Positions 31,917 to 45,765 of a DNA stretch of 64,000 bases are shown piece by piece. The stretch's first letter is position 1. The number at the start of each line of letters is the position of its first letter. The notes below the pieces were generated by a model. It made no database searches. It had not been told where the DNA came from and saw only the letters and a list, made by a program, of their open reading frames with translations. Both the position numbers and the translations under genes were made by a program. The stretch lies in NCBI GenBank assembly GCA_023213395.1, contig CM041465.1, positions 101,129,741-101,193,740 on the forward strand. The letters are read 5' to 3'. The DNA is from Cycas panzhihuaensis. Lineage: Eukaryota > Plantae > Cycadophyta.

Positions 31917-34900
31917 TGTTGGGTATTATGACAACAATTATAGGCCTAAAATTATGGCATGTTTTTGGTGTAGTTTCCCCCACTAATCTTTCTCGGGGGG
32001 TTCTAAGGGGGGCGGGAGCCCCCCTTGGCCGGGGGGGGGGGGTGCGAGGTGGGTGGAACGCCCCCTACTAGGAGGGGGTTCGGGGGTGATAGCCCTCGAC
32101 CTAAAAAATTAACCATGTAAACCTTATCAAAGTGTAAAGAGAATCAAGGTCATTCAATACAAATACCCTAGATTCTACGGTTGAGATTTAGGTCTTGGAT
32201 GTCCTCTCATGTAGCCTGTTTTAGGGATTTTCTTATTATGTTGTAATGTTATACAATGTAATATGAAGAGGGTGGTGGCTGATTATTGTTACAGAGAGCA
32301 CTCTGTATCTGTGATGTATTATTTCTCCATTTTGTAGCAATAAAGATTGATACCTTTCCTATATGGATGTTTTCCTAGCACACTGCTAGGGTTTTACCAC
32401 GTTATATCGGGTGCATATGTGATGTTTGGATTTCATTGTCTTGTTACTGTATAATCTCTGATTTTAGAACTTGCATGTAATTGTATGTTTCCATTTCTGT
32501 AACTAGTTGTAAGAAAGTAATAAATCTTAGTGGCTGTTAGAGGATTGGACCTTCTATTCTCAACAAGTGGTATTAGAGCCACTCTTTTTCTTGCAGTGAG
32601 TTTGTGAAGGTTTTGGTGTCAACTTTTCTACACCAAATGGTGAAACTAGCAAGTGAAAAGTTTGAGGTGGAGAAATTCAATGGCAAGAACAACTTCGAGT
32701 TATGGAAGCTAAAAGCATACGATATTCTTTTATAGCAGGGTTTGTACAAAGCCCTTGCAGGAAAATCAAAGAAACCTGTGGGGATGGATGATGATAAATG
32801 AGATGATTTAGATAAAAAGGCACTTATCATAATATGATTATGCTTGGTGGATGAAGTTTTATTTAACATCATAGGGGAACAGACGGCAATAGGATTATGG
32901 ACCCGGTTGGAAGGCACAGATATGACCAAATCGATGTGAACCAAATCTACCTGAAAAGGCAACTGTACTCATTACGGATGAAGGAAGGTACAAAAATTGC
33001 TAACCATTTAAATGTTTTCAATACTCTTATTTGTCAATTAACTAATATCGATGTTAAAATTGAGGATGAAGACAAGGTAGTTACCCTGTTATGCTCATTA
33101 CCTAAATCCTGAGATAATATTATCACCTCAATCAGTTTTAGCACTACAGATGAATTGGAATATGACTCTATTGTGAGTGCTTTTCTAATAGAAGAAGTAT
33201 AGAGGAAGTCTAGTCTTGAAACCTCCACACCAGAAGCCATGACAGTAAGAGGTAGAATGTTTGAGAGAGGACAAAACTCTAGGGATACATCAAGATCCAA
33301 GTTAAAGAGCAAAAAGAGTAAGCTCAAGTGTTGGCATTGTAATAAGACTGGTCACCTCAAGAAGGATTGTTACAAAAGGAAGGAGTTCCAGAAAAAGGAA
33401 GATCCTACCTAGGAGGCAAATCAGGTGGATTCAAATCAAGGTATGGATGATGATGTCTTGGTTGCTTATAATATTTCTCATTATCACCATGACTAGTTAT
33501 TAGATTCAAGTGCTTCGCACCACATGTGTCCACACAGGAGTTGGTTCTCATCATACCAACCTCTTGATGGTGGTGATGTTCTTATGGGAAACGAAGTTTC
33601 TTATAAGACAATGGGCATTGGTAGCATCAAAATTAAGATGTTCGATGGGGTAGTCAAAATATTAACTGAGGTTAGACATGTACCTGATTTGAAAAAGAAT
33701 CTGATTTTCTTGGGTGAACTAGATTTGGGTGGTTTTAAGCATACAGGTCATGAAGGCGTCCTAAAGGTGTCAAAGGGTGCCTTGGTTGTTATGAAAGCCT
33801 TAAAGAGAGGAAATATTTATATTTTAGTGGGAAGTATGCGGATGACCAAGCGATAAAGGTCAAAGACTACAAAAGATCCTGCTCAACTATGGAATCAAAG
33901 ACTTGGGCACATGAGTAAGAAAGGACTTAAGGTGTTGATAAACTGTAAGTTACTTCCTAACTTGCAGCTTTCAAATTTATCTTTCTGTAAACATTATTTT
34001 TTTAGAAAATAGTGTAGACTCAGGTTTAAAGTAGGGAGTCACACTAGTAAAGGCATTCTAGATTACATACATTCAGATGTATGGGGACCAACCCCTAAAA
34101 TATCTTATGGAGGATCATTATATCTTGTCACATTTGTAAATGATTGCTCCAAGAAGGTATGGGTCTATTTTTTGAAAAGGAAATCTGAAGTTTTTAGTGT
34201 GTTTAAGCAGTTCAAGGCTTTAGTTAAGAATAAAACTGGTAAGACAATCAAATGTTTAAGAACTAATAATGGAGGTGAGTTTAACTCCTTGGAATTTGAG
34301 AACTACTACAGAGAAGCTATACTCTAGACCACTAGCTATACTCCACAGTAAAATGGTATTGCTAAGCACATGAATAGGACACTCTTGGAAAGAGCAAGAA
34401 GCATGCTAAGTAATGTAGGAGTGGAGCAGGGCTTGTGGGTAGAAGCTATTCAAATAGCTTGCTATCTGGTAAACAGGTCACCGTCAGTTGCAATAGATTG
34501 TAAGATTCCTGAAGAGGTATGGACTGGACATCCATGTGATTATTCAAATTTAAAAGTTTTTTGTTGTGATGCTTATGCCTGGACTAACAAAAGTAAACGT
34601 TCAAAGTTAGATCCAAAATCCAAGAGATATATCTTTGTTGGTTATGGTGACAAGGATGGTGTGAAAGGATACAGGTTGTGGGATCCTACTACCCACAAAA
34701 TCACCATTAACAGAGATGTCATATTTGATGAATCTCCCCTTGTAAAATCAGATAGTATAGAAGCTAAAACGAAACAAAAGCAGCAAGATGAATATCAATA
34801 AGTTAAGTTTAAAATGCAGCCATCTGTGGAATCAGAAGAGCATGAAGATCTTTCTGAAGATGAATCAGAAGTAGATTCGTAGGAGTATGTGGACACTCCT

Positions 34901-37238
34901 CTGCCAATAGTTAGAAGATCTACATGAGTTAGTCATCCACTTGACAGGTACAACCCTTCTATTTCTATTGATTTAGTTTCTAATGATGGTGAGACCACAT
35001 GTTATCAGGAAGCAGTAGATGATATCCATGGAGAGAAGTGGATAAAGGCTATGCAGGAAGAGATAGATGCCTTGAAGAAAAATCATTTATGGGACTTGGT
35101 AGAACTTCCACATGGCAGGAAGACTGTTGGTTGCATATGGATTTTTAAAAAGAAAATGGATGTTGATGGAAAGGTTGGTAAATCTGAGGCACGGTGGTGG
35201 CAAAAGCCTTTGTCTGAGAAAGGTAATGACTTTCATGAAATCTTTTCACTAATTATTAAACTTATTTCAATTTGAGTGCTGTTAGCATTGGTAGCTTCTT
35301 ATAATTTGGAGTTGGAGCAGTTAGATGTAAAAACAACTTTTCCACATGGAGATTTAGATGAGGAGATCTATATGGTTCAACCAGAGGGGTTTGTACAAGA
35401 TGGCAGGAAAAGACTTGTTTGCAGGCTCAAGAAATCATTGTATGGCCTGAAGCAATCACCAAGCAAATGGTACAAGAAGTTTGATGCCTTCATGGAGAGC
35501 CAAAATTTCAAAAGAAGTGAGTATGATCATTGTGTTTACTTCAAATTTATGGACAATAGCTTATTCATTATCTTAGTGTTATATGTTGATGACATGCTAG
35601 TTGCAAGCAAGAGCATGGTAGAAATCAATAAGCTAAAGGCTCAATTGGCTAGGACTTTTGATATGAAGGATCTAGGAGCTGCAAAACAAATCTTAGGCAT
35701 GGAGATACATAGAAACAGGAAAAGTGGTAAGCTATGGTTATCACAGCAGAAATATGTGGAGAAGGTGCTAACCAGGTTTGGGATGGCAAATGTGAAACTA
35801 GTGAGTATCCCATTGGCTTCCCACTTCAAGCTTTCATCTAATATGAGTCCTAGTAGTGAAGAAGAAAAGGCTTATATGTCTCATGTGCCTTATGCCAGTG
35901 CATTAGGAAGTTTGATGTATGTTATGGTATGTACAAGACTTGATATTTCACATGCAGTCAATGTAGTTAGTAGGTTTATGGCAAAATTAGGAAAGGAACA
36001 TTGGGCTACAGTGAAATGGGTGCTTTAGTATTTGAGAGGCACTATTAATTACTGCATCACCTTTGGAGATACAAGTAATCATGTTTGTGGATATGTCGAT
36101 TCAAATTTTGCAGGAGATTTAGAAAAAAGAAGGTCTACTTCAGGTTATGTTTTCACTCTTGCAAATGGTTTAGTTAGTTGGATGTCCAAATTGTAGAGCA
36201 CAATTACACTATCAACCATGGAAGCTGAATATATTGCTGCAGCACATGCTTGTAAAGAAGCAATCAAGTTCTGTGGTCTATTGGTTGAGCTTGGAAGGAG
36301 ATAAGAAAATGTAAAGGTATTTTGTGACAGTCAAAGTGCCATTTACCTAGCCAAGAATCCAGCTTATCACAGTAGAACAAAGCATATTGCTCTTAAGTAC
36401 CATTTTGTTAGACAGGTTGTGGAAGCAAGTGAAGTGGTACTTGAGAAGATTCATACTAATTAGAATTATGCTGATATATTCATAAAACCAGTACCATTAG
36501 AGAAGTTCAAATGGTGTTTAACTTCTCTTGGCTTACAAAAAAGATGATGAAGGATCCAGGAAAGGTAGTGGATAATTGTTGTCAAGGTGGAGATTGTTGG
36601 GTATTGTGACAACAATTATAGGCCTAAAAATGTGGCATGTTTTTGGTTCGGTTTCCCCCCCAATCTTTCTCGAGGGCTTCCAAGGGGGGTGGGAGCCCCC
36701 CTTGGCCAGGGGGAGTGCGGGGTGGGCGGAACGCCCCCCGCTAGGAGGGGGTTCAGGGGCGATAGCTACCAACTCAAAAAATTGACCATGTAAACTTTAT
36801 CAAAGTGTAAAGAAAATCAGGGTCATTCAATACAAATACCCTAGATTCTACGGTTGAGATTTAGGTATTAGATGTCCTCTCATGTAGCCTATTTTAGGGC
36901 TTTTCTTATTATGTTGTAATGTTATGCAATGTACTGTGAAGAGGGCGGTGGCTGATTGTTGTTACAGAGAGCACTCTGTATCTGTGATATACTATTTCTC
37001 CATTCTGCAGCAATAAAGATCGATACCTTTCCTATGTGGATGTTTCCCTAGCACACTGTTAGGGTTTTCCCACATTATATCAAGTGCACATGTGATGTTT
37101 GGCTTTCATTGTCTTGTTACTATATAATCTCTGATTTTAGAACTTGCATGTAATTGTATGTTTCCATTTCTGTAACTAGTTGTAAGAAAGTAATAGATCT
37201 TGGTGGCTGTTAGAGGATTGGACCTTCTATTCTCAACA
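31917..37238 (+). mobile_element. Structurally complete Ty1/Copia element G (Tnt1/Tork-like)
   Basis: LTRs at 31917-32565 and 36595-37238 with TG...CA ends. Perfect TSD AAAAG. PBS TGGTATTAGAGCC at 32568-32580. PPT AAGGTGGAGAT at 36584-36594. Confidence 0.98.
32637..36547 (+). pseudogene. Copia G gag-pol polyprotein with in-frame stops and frameshifts
   Basis: [88 protein letters not shown]. Confidence 0.96.
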
Positions 37239-40200
37239 AAAAGAGACCACCAACTAAGGGCAAAGGGGGCTTAACCCTAAATATTATCAAATATAATTCA
37301 ATTTTTATAAACTATGTAAAAATAAATCAAAAAATTTAAATTTTAAACATGAATAAAGATTGTGAGATCTACGTGCCTACGCAAATGAATAAGAGGTTTA
37401 ATCAACTCATAAAAGCAATGAAGTAAGACACAACTTGAGGGATAGCTTGCGATGCCTACTACAAAGACACTAGTGAATTTTCACAAGATTCAATTGATCA
37501 CAAAGGCAAAATAAAGCTACAGAAGAAATGGGGGTCGTACAGTTATACAATGATCATACGACCTAAATAAAGACTAAAGATTGGCAAATAAATCCTTAGA
37601 TAGATAGTAGTAGGCCTATGACCCTATTGCAAGAAGATATACTGAGAAATAGAGAGATTTTTTTAATTTTTATCTAAAATCCAATGGGGTTTTAGTAAGG
37701 CAGAGGAGTAAGTTAGCTTTCGAGAGTGATTTCTTAGCTTAGAGGGAAAGGTTTTTAGAATCGTCTAATTTGGAGTGAAGAAGAATTGACAAGGATCAAA
37801 TGAATGGTCACTTGTAAAGTTTTCATTTAAAGATGGAGGTGCACTAGCCTACCAAATATCAATAACCTAAAAAATCCTTAAAAATAAATTAAGAACTAAT
37901 TAAAATATGAAAAATTATTAAATGAAGTTTATATAAAATTGATCCAAATCACTGTTGGGATATGTCCACCTATAAATACTACAAAAAACTATAAAAGTAT
38001 TGGGTGTATTGAGTGTACGAGCCAATATCACAAGTATACATTCAATATTTGAATGAGAACTATTGAAAACTATAGTAAATATAATCAAATAATTGAAATA
38101 CAAGTTTGTCATAATGTGTAACATCACTCTAATACTGAATGGGGCTCTGATACTAATTGAAAGATCATGGGGATAGAGTAGGGAGACTATAAGGTTGCCA
38201 TAATAAAAATATGAACAAAATTCCAACATAAAGGTAGTGTTTAGAAATACATTTAGGTCATAGACATCTTATTTATAATCAGGATGTTGTGTGGCAACCC
38301 ACCATTAACTGACACTTTTAAAATTCAAAAAATATTTAAAAATACATACCTATTAGCTTAAACAACTGGAGTTGGTCATGGTGGTCTCGCGTCATCATTA
38401 AGAGATGTGCACATTTAATTAAAGAAAAATGGCCATTAATTCCAATGAATATCATACACATCATAGAAAAGTTTTCTATGTGTTTCTCTTATGCAATTAT
38501 ATTATCCCCATTGAACTTTGGATAGGCCTTTAATGCCTTACTAGGTAACTTATCACTTCTCACATCTTAGATTTAAAGGGCTATTATAAATCCATAGAAT
38601 AATATTTGTTTATGTTACATGTTATTCAACCATCTTTGCTAAAATTTTAGCCTCTAAATATTCTTAGCCTGAAAAAGAAATTTCTTTGTCTACTTTCTTA
38701 GTAACCCTAAGTTTACTAATAAACCTCCTTGAAAACTGTTTAGCCAACTTTTAAGAATAGCAATCTTAACTAGTATTTATAATAAAAAAATTTAAAATAA
38801 AGAAAAGGAATGATTAGAGAATTTTTCCTAAGTATTCTCCCCAATTTTGTTGACCATTTGCTTGTGCCTCCCCCAAGAAATATTTTATTTGAGTATTGTC
38901 AACAAGGTATTCAAAGTTTTAACACAATAATACAACATCAACTATAGGATGTTCAAATCTAAAATATACTAACTAGCTTATAGATTTAATGAATAAATTA
39001 GTATACAATATTTATAAGAAAGAATAGTTAGTAGAAGATCACTTTTATGAATATTATTTTGATCTTAGGAAGGCTAAAAAACATGTAGTATATAGACAAG
39101 AAAAAGGTGTAAAGGAGAGAATTACAAATAACCACCATTCTAGGTATCATAGAATTGAGATGAATTGTAATTGGTAAATACCAATAGATATAAGTTGATT
39201 CAACTATGTTACAACTTAGGTTTCTTGACAATAAAAGGAATTTGGCACAAGATAAACTAAATGTAATTCTTTGAATTATCAATAGAGGAAACCTTATAGC
39301 AAAAGGTATATTTAGTACTCCAAATGATGAATTATATAAAATCTCATTCTCCCCAAATTAGTTACGACGGTCTATTATGAGAAATAATCTAATTGTTAAT
39401 AGTCTTACAATAAAAATAAGTACACCAAAAATATAATTGGAACTAAGACTCATGCTAGATAGATTAAGACATCAATCCATAAAATCTAGCCTAAAAAAAG
39501 AAAGGAAATGATATGAAGTAATTGGAACCATGACTAATATTAACTAGACCAAGCAATCACCAGTGAAACTCCTTTATCTTCAACCTCTTACCTTTTAAAC
39601 ATGCTTTAATTTTGTGTTGTCTAAGCTATATGAAATTATCTTATTGTTGATCTCAGTTACATGAAGTCATTTGAATGATATTTATTCATTAATAATCTCT
39701 TTTTCTAATCTATTTTTTACAAGTGGTAAGTTTAAGCATAGCACCAATGATCTAAAACTTTAATGCTTTAAGTCATTTATCTTCCTTCTCTAAAGTATTG
39801 CTATGAAAATGGTCAAAAATGACTCATAGATCATATTTTACTTACTTTACTAATCCATACATGTATATTAATGAGTTTTACATCATTTTATCCTTTGTTA
39901 ATGCTTTACGACATATTTTATGCATTTTCATAATTATGGAATTGAATCTCCTTAGTGTTTTATTTCACTTTAAAAACTATACAAATTTTACCTTTATATA
40001 TTATATGCATTTTACATCTTCGATAATGAATGCTTCCATATCTAGTTATCTATTCTTTTATAATTTTATATTTTATATTTTTGGGATTAAATGAGATTGT
40101 TCCTTATTATTTCTCCTTTACAACCTCATAAATGATTAATTAAATTTCACCTTTCTTTATCATATCCATGAAATTATGAAGAAAGGTACTCACAAATATT

Positions 40201-40509
40201 ATAGTGTTACTTACATTTTGGAGCTTTAGACATGATTGACTCTAATAATGCTTTGTTATTTATCCTTTGTAATCTTACGGTTAATCTATTCTTTGTCTTT
40301 CTTTCCTTCTATTGCTTGTGAGATTATAAGATTTATCATCAAGCATGATCAAACTCCTTCTAACTATTAGAGACTTCTAGGAGTTAGATGTTTTATCATA
40401 AAAATATCATCTTAATGCACCCTCTCTGGGCTAAGTATTAAGACTCTTATCCATCCTCGATAACTTCTCTTAACTATGTACATTTATTATGGGTGCATAC
40501 ACATTTTGA

Positions 40510-43500
40510 AGAAGAATAATGGAGACAAGAGTAGAGCAGTGTAAACGATTATTCAAGCCATATTGAGAACCATTGTCAATTCATATTTAATCCATCTTGA
40601 AAACATTAACATCATTTCCATACATTTGGTGGTTAATAAACATTAGGGTTTTGAGACCCAAATTATATATTCAAGAGGCACGCAGGAGCCCACCTCAACC
40701 TAAATTTGAAATATAATAAAATAATAGCAAATATAAATAAAATAATCTTACCTAATAGTTAGGAGTAACTCACATGGTCCTAATGCAAAGTTAGGTAATG
40801 AACATTAACCTAACATTCTCTCCCTTAATATTCATTACATACATCTTCAACTTTTCTTTGAATTTATGGTACTTATACTTTAGAAAGACTTTGAGAGAGA
40901 GAACACGTCTTTTAACTTTGTCATCATCCTTGAAGTAATTATCAACCTACAATATTATCCTTACGATGTAGTCTTTTTTAATAATGTGTTATTCAAGATA
41001 TTTGTCTTCTTGATCTTTTACATTGTGGGAGTTAATCAAGTCAAAGGTACATACAGCCTTATCAAATGCAACAATGTGATCATTAATTTATTAGAGTCTT
41101 TAATAGTACATATAACATTAATCAATTCAATAATGTTTACCTACTCCAGAATATGTCCCATATGAAAAGCACTATTAATATAATTAGTTCTATCTAATTC
41201 CTAAGTACCTCCCCTATAATTGATTCCAATGTATCTCATGCAATTTTAGAAGTGGTAATTTTGCTAACAATAGTGAATATAATATCATCTATTATATAAA
41301 AAATTAAGGCTAAAGTCTCATTATCCTTTTTCATATTTTCTTTAAATGTTTATTCTTACTCTAAAGTAGAATCATGGTAACCATCATTCACATAATTTCA
41401 CAGATTTTTAGTGATAAAAAGTGTTTTTATCATTTTTTTTCAAAGTGAAAACTTAGTTCCATCAAATATACGAATTATCATATTATCTATATAAGTTTCC
41501 ATTACAAACATTATGATCTTATTAATCACATAAGATTCTTTTTAGGATTTAATGAGAAAAATAACTTGAAATATAAATCTTTTTTTACATGATCTTTTAA
41601 TAAGATTCATTTTTAATCTAATGAAAAGAAGGTAACTAAGCAATGAGATGAAAAGCATATTCCTTTTTAAATAAAAATAATGCAAGATAAATGTTCTCCT
41701 TTGAAATGAAATAAATATACAATCAATGATCTTTTCAAAATGATATATGTATACCTTAAAAAATAAAGCCTATAAAATGAGTAATAAAATGTAATATAAT
41801 GCAATATAATTCACCTTATTTGAGCTTTTAAATAGAATAGAGATGGCCTTAAATCAACTTTGAAGATGCTTTACTAATGAACCAAAAAATAACTTGAAAT
41901 ATACATGAACTTTTAAATAGTTGCCTTCTTAATCAATGAAAAAATAATCTTAGTAATAAAAAGGTATACCCTTTAAAATTAAATTCAATGAATGCTCTTG
42001 CAGAATAAACTTCCATAAGGATTTAAATAATCTTTAAAAAGGAATAAATTTCTTTGAATAATCTTATGTAACTAAATGCACTTTTAAATGTAATAAAATG
42101 AGACCTTGATAGATGTTTTTTAAAGGTAAACTTTAATAGAGAGCTAAAAGAGTGCAAAAAGAGCATTCTATTCATTTCACTATATAGATAAAAATACTAC
42201 AAATAAATGAATAATAAATGTTCTTCTATATGAGCTCCTTTTAATCCAAAGAAAAATGCAAGATATGTTATGATCATAACCTTGAAATATCGTCATTTCT
42301 TTTACTTTAAATATACCTTTAAATGAATACTTTAAAGAGGCAAAAAAACCTTAAATGAGTAGAAAATGTACTATCAATGAGCTCTAGAATTAAGTTTATA
42401 AGCTAAGAGATAAAGTAGTGTCTTTAGAATAGAGTTATAAGGAGTTTGAGTGCATCAGTTTAAAACATTTATTTCCAATAGGGCTCCTTCTCTTCAGGAG
42501 GCCAAAGTAGGGATAAATTGCTACAAAATTTAGTTGTGAGGCTCTAAAATAGATAAAAAATATCAATAATAGATTAATAACTCAATATTAAGTAAGTATG
42601 CCAAGTCAGAATGAAAACATTGCTTGAAATATTTTAAAAATAAACCAAATTAGGGTTAAATAGAAGTCTTAATTTCACCAACCTCAAAACCATACAAAAT
42701 ATTTTTAAATCATATTAAGAATCATGTTAATGTGTAGATAATTAAAATACCTTTTTGATGGATCCAACTGTTCGAAAAACAGACTCCTAAATCAAAAGTT
42801 ATAATAGAAATTGTACAATGACCTATTTAGGGCATCAAAATAAGAAGGGGGGGTTAAGCCCCTTTGACTTAAAGTCATTGGATTCTAGAATGACAAATAT
42901 AACCAGTTGTTAGGATACATGGGGGGGTTGAAGTCCCCTTCATATTGAAAAAATATTAATAAATAACTGATTTTTTAAAGAAAAAAAACCTTTTTAAGAC
43001 TTAAGCCAGAGGTCATATGGGTTAAATTAGTGACCAGGGGCTAAAATAAAATAGGGATAGACCTTAAAACATATAAAATATAATGTTATTAAACCTTAAT
43101 AAGGTTTAAATTTAATCAAAAAAAAAAAAATCATCTCTATGTCTCGTGCAAAAATGGGTAACCACGTGGAGGAACAAACAATCAAAAAGTGATTAAATTA
43201 GTCAAGATTTGGCCTGAAACCTGACGTCGGGGTGGGGGGGGTACCACATAGTGTAAAATGGATTCTATAGCCAAAAAAATGGAGGAAGAATGATTCAAAA
43301 ATGAGTTTTTCAATGTTAGATGGTCATGGAGGACACACAGACACTGGGAGGACGTATGACCCATAAAGAGCTCAGAAATAGACTAAGATAGCTCTGTTTA
43401 CCTCTTAAAAGGCTTGCACCTAAGTTATAAAAGTTGTTTGGTAAAAAACAAAAGAGAAATAAGTAAATGAGAAGAGGAGCAAAGGGATTTCAATGGCTAG

Positions 43501-44239
43501 AGTGAGTAATCAAGCTTCTAGAAAGTAGATCTCTGCATAGAGACAACTGATTTTTTATCCATCAGTTGCATTGTGAAACTAGTTTACTAAGGATTCTAAT
43601 GAGAAATTATGTAATCAGGTTTCGTTCGCTGAGGAGAGATCACTAGCCCATCAAATTTCAGGAAGGAGGTAGGAACCTTAAGAAAATCGATAAAAATGAT
43701 TAATAACTTTATAAAACCTAATGAAATCAAAGTATGAACATTCTCAACATGTGTTGGGCGATGTATGACAACAATGGCTATAAAATACTGAAGAGACTTT
43801 GAAGATTTGAATCTTATAGATGAAAACAATCAAATATTTCAATAAAATACTATGCAAAGTATTGAAATAATGTTAGAAAATTAATAAATATTGCACGTAA
43901 ACTTGCCATGAGCTCACTCTGATACCAAATGATCATATACAAGGCTATAATACCATATGAAGAATAATAGAGGTAAGAGTGGAGTAGGTGTAAATGATTA
44001 TTCAATCCATATTGAGAACCATTGTCAATTCATATTCAATCCATCTTAAAAACATTAATATCATTTCCATAAATTTGGTGGTGTTAATGAACACTAGAGT
44101 TTTAAGACCTAAACTATATATTTAAGAGGCATACAAGAGCCCACCTCAACCTAAATTTAAAATATAATAAAATAATAACAAACACAGATAAAATAATCAT
44201 ATATGAATGCAAAGTTAGGTAATGAACCTTAACCTAATA
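40510..44239 (-). mobile_element. Non-autonomous Copia derivative H, ~310-bp LTRs
   Basis: LTRs at 40510-40815 and 43930-44239. Reverse-complement PBS ACTCTGATACCA at 43916-43927 and PPT at 40816-40826. TSD TTTGA at 40505-40509 and 44240-44244. Only a decayed RNase H tail is recognisable inside. Confidence 0.88.
41412..43248. mobile_element. Probable solo LTR related to F, inside H
   Basis: Ends GGGGGTACCACA followed by TAGTG, which also occurs at 41409-41413. Shares blocks with F (AAATTAGG..AAATAG, AACC..AAAACC.TACAAA, GGGGG..TTAAGCCC.TTTGA). Confidence 0.55.
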
Positions 44240-44284
44240 TTTGATTTATAAACTTTTTAGTAAAGAGGAGAAAGGGGATAATAC

Positions 44285-45360
44285 CTAATATAGTGTAATA
44301 TAATTATAATAAAATTCATGAAGAAAATCCTTATTATCCTTAAATATATTTTTCTCATTATAGATAGATAAAATATTTTGTCTAATATGATTCTTTCTCA
44401 AAAACATTAAAAATAAAAATATTACTTTTGTCTCCTTCCTTAATCCTTTACAATCTAAACCTTACTCTAATTCCTTAAGCTATATAAATCTCATGAGAGT
44501 GGATAATGTTCTTGATAGTACTAGTTTAGACTTAATTCTTAAAATCAAAATAATTTTCTTCCAACTTTTTATTCTAAAAAATGTAGGTCAAACTCAACTT
44601 TCTTATACCTCATCCTTCTATTTTAGTCTATTGAGTATTAAAGTCTCTTTTAAAGGTTATAATTTTTTTAGTGATATCATCCCTCCAAGTTATCCTACCT
44701 AAACTCTTATAAGGTTTATGAATAAGGTTCCATACTCTTCTTACTCCCTAGGCTTGAAATCCTAATAAAGAAGTATTAAACTTAAGTAAAGAAAGTACTT
44801 AAAGGCCTCCTAATGAAGAATATCAAGATCAAGTGAAATAGAGGATAATTTTAAGATCATAGAATCCCAAATATTGATTAGTTCTACTAAATACTTAAAT
44901 AGTTTCTAGCTATCATCCATGGGAATTAACACCTTATCTAGCTTATAGATACCTTATTTCTTGATTTCTTCTTATTATATCATGTCAACTAAAGATCCTT
45001 AGAGAAAAAGGATTTTTTCTATAAAAGGTTTTATAAAACAAGGTTTTCATGTATACCTAATTATCTTTTTCCAATCCCTTCCAATAAAATGGAATCCCCA
45101 TCTAACTTATTACCTGGACTTTTCATCATATTAAAATTGATGGCTAAAAACTAAGGAAGAATGGAAAAATTATTTTATATCCACCTCCAAAGATGAGATC
45201 AATCTTGATAACTATTAGGAGCATAAGTAGAGACAATCCCAACCATCATATTACCCAATTGGAGAGTTGTCAATACCACATTATTATAGAGACTATCACT
45301 AGAACTCATTATGAAACTCCTCAAGCCAAGATTAACTAATAAAGCATAACCTCCCTTATA
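44285..45360 (-). pseudogene. Old LINE ORF2, endonuclease and linker part
   Basis: GGYALLV, GIVSTYAPNS, LWRWI, INFNMM, GNK (APE: YAP, GDFN) followed by A*GIRVRFRL*RIKEGDKS (IRSR..W..EGD). Confidence 0.8.
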
Positions 45361-45643
45361 ATGTAAATAATTAAATAAAAAGTCTTTACATCCCTCTCGA
45401 TAAAATCTAGGACTTGACTCTATTAGATTTAATAATTACATAATTATATACTTAGATTATTAATTAAGATAATAAATTAATGTTGTATGTCTTATAATAT
45501 TTTAAAGGTGCTTTCATGAGTCACATGGGTATGCCTCAATGTATGCTAAGAATCCATAATAATTATAAAGTCCTTAATATAGGAGTGATATATGTTAGGC
45601 TAGTTATTAGACCAGTGGATGGTTATTGATCTTAAATTTCATT

Positions 45644-45655
45644 TATCTATCTATC

Positions 45656-45741
<86 letters not shown>

Positions 45742-45765
45742 TACATAGAGAGAGCGTGAGAGAGA
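45644..45765. repeat. (TATC)n(CT)n(CA)n(GA)n microsatellite in the 5' LTR of A
   Basis: Directly visible. Confidence 0.95.

Larger units (their letters stand above)
30968..37541. mobile_element. Solo LTR F (~1.25 kb net) in the leader of E, interrupted by G
   Basis: TGTAAGGGTCC...GGGGTCGTACA termini with perfect TSD GTTAT at 30963-30967 and 37542-37546. Internal AAATAAAATAAGCTTT repeats. Confidence 0.88.
25993..38447 (-). mobile_element. Ty1/Copia element E (degenerate), ~290-bp LTRs
   Basis: LTRs at 25993-26285 and ~38156-38447. Reverse-complement tRNA-iMet PBS GCTCTGATACTA at 38144-38155. Reverse-complement PPT at 26286-26297. Confidence 0.92.
38848..44283 (-). repeat. 5' LTR of J, split by element H
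   Basis: Homology with 19222-20875 resumes right after the H TSD at 44245 (TTTTTAGTAAAGAGGAGAAAGGGGATAATA vs TTTTTTGTAAGGAGGAAAAATGGGATAACA). Confidence 0.8.

Noticed and set aside
39480-40500. Cryptic protein or endogenous virus ORF in the 1.7-kb repeat
   Set aside because: All frames are stop-rich, the two copies do not share a convincing frame, and the repeat is explained as the J LTR.
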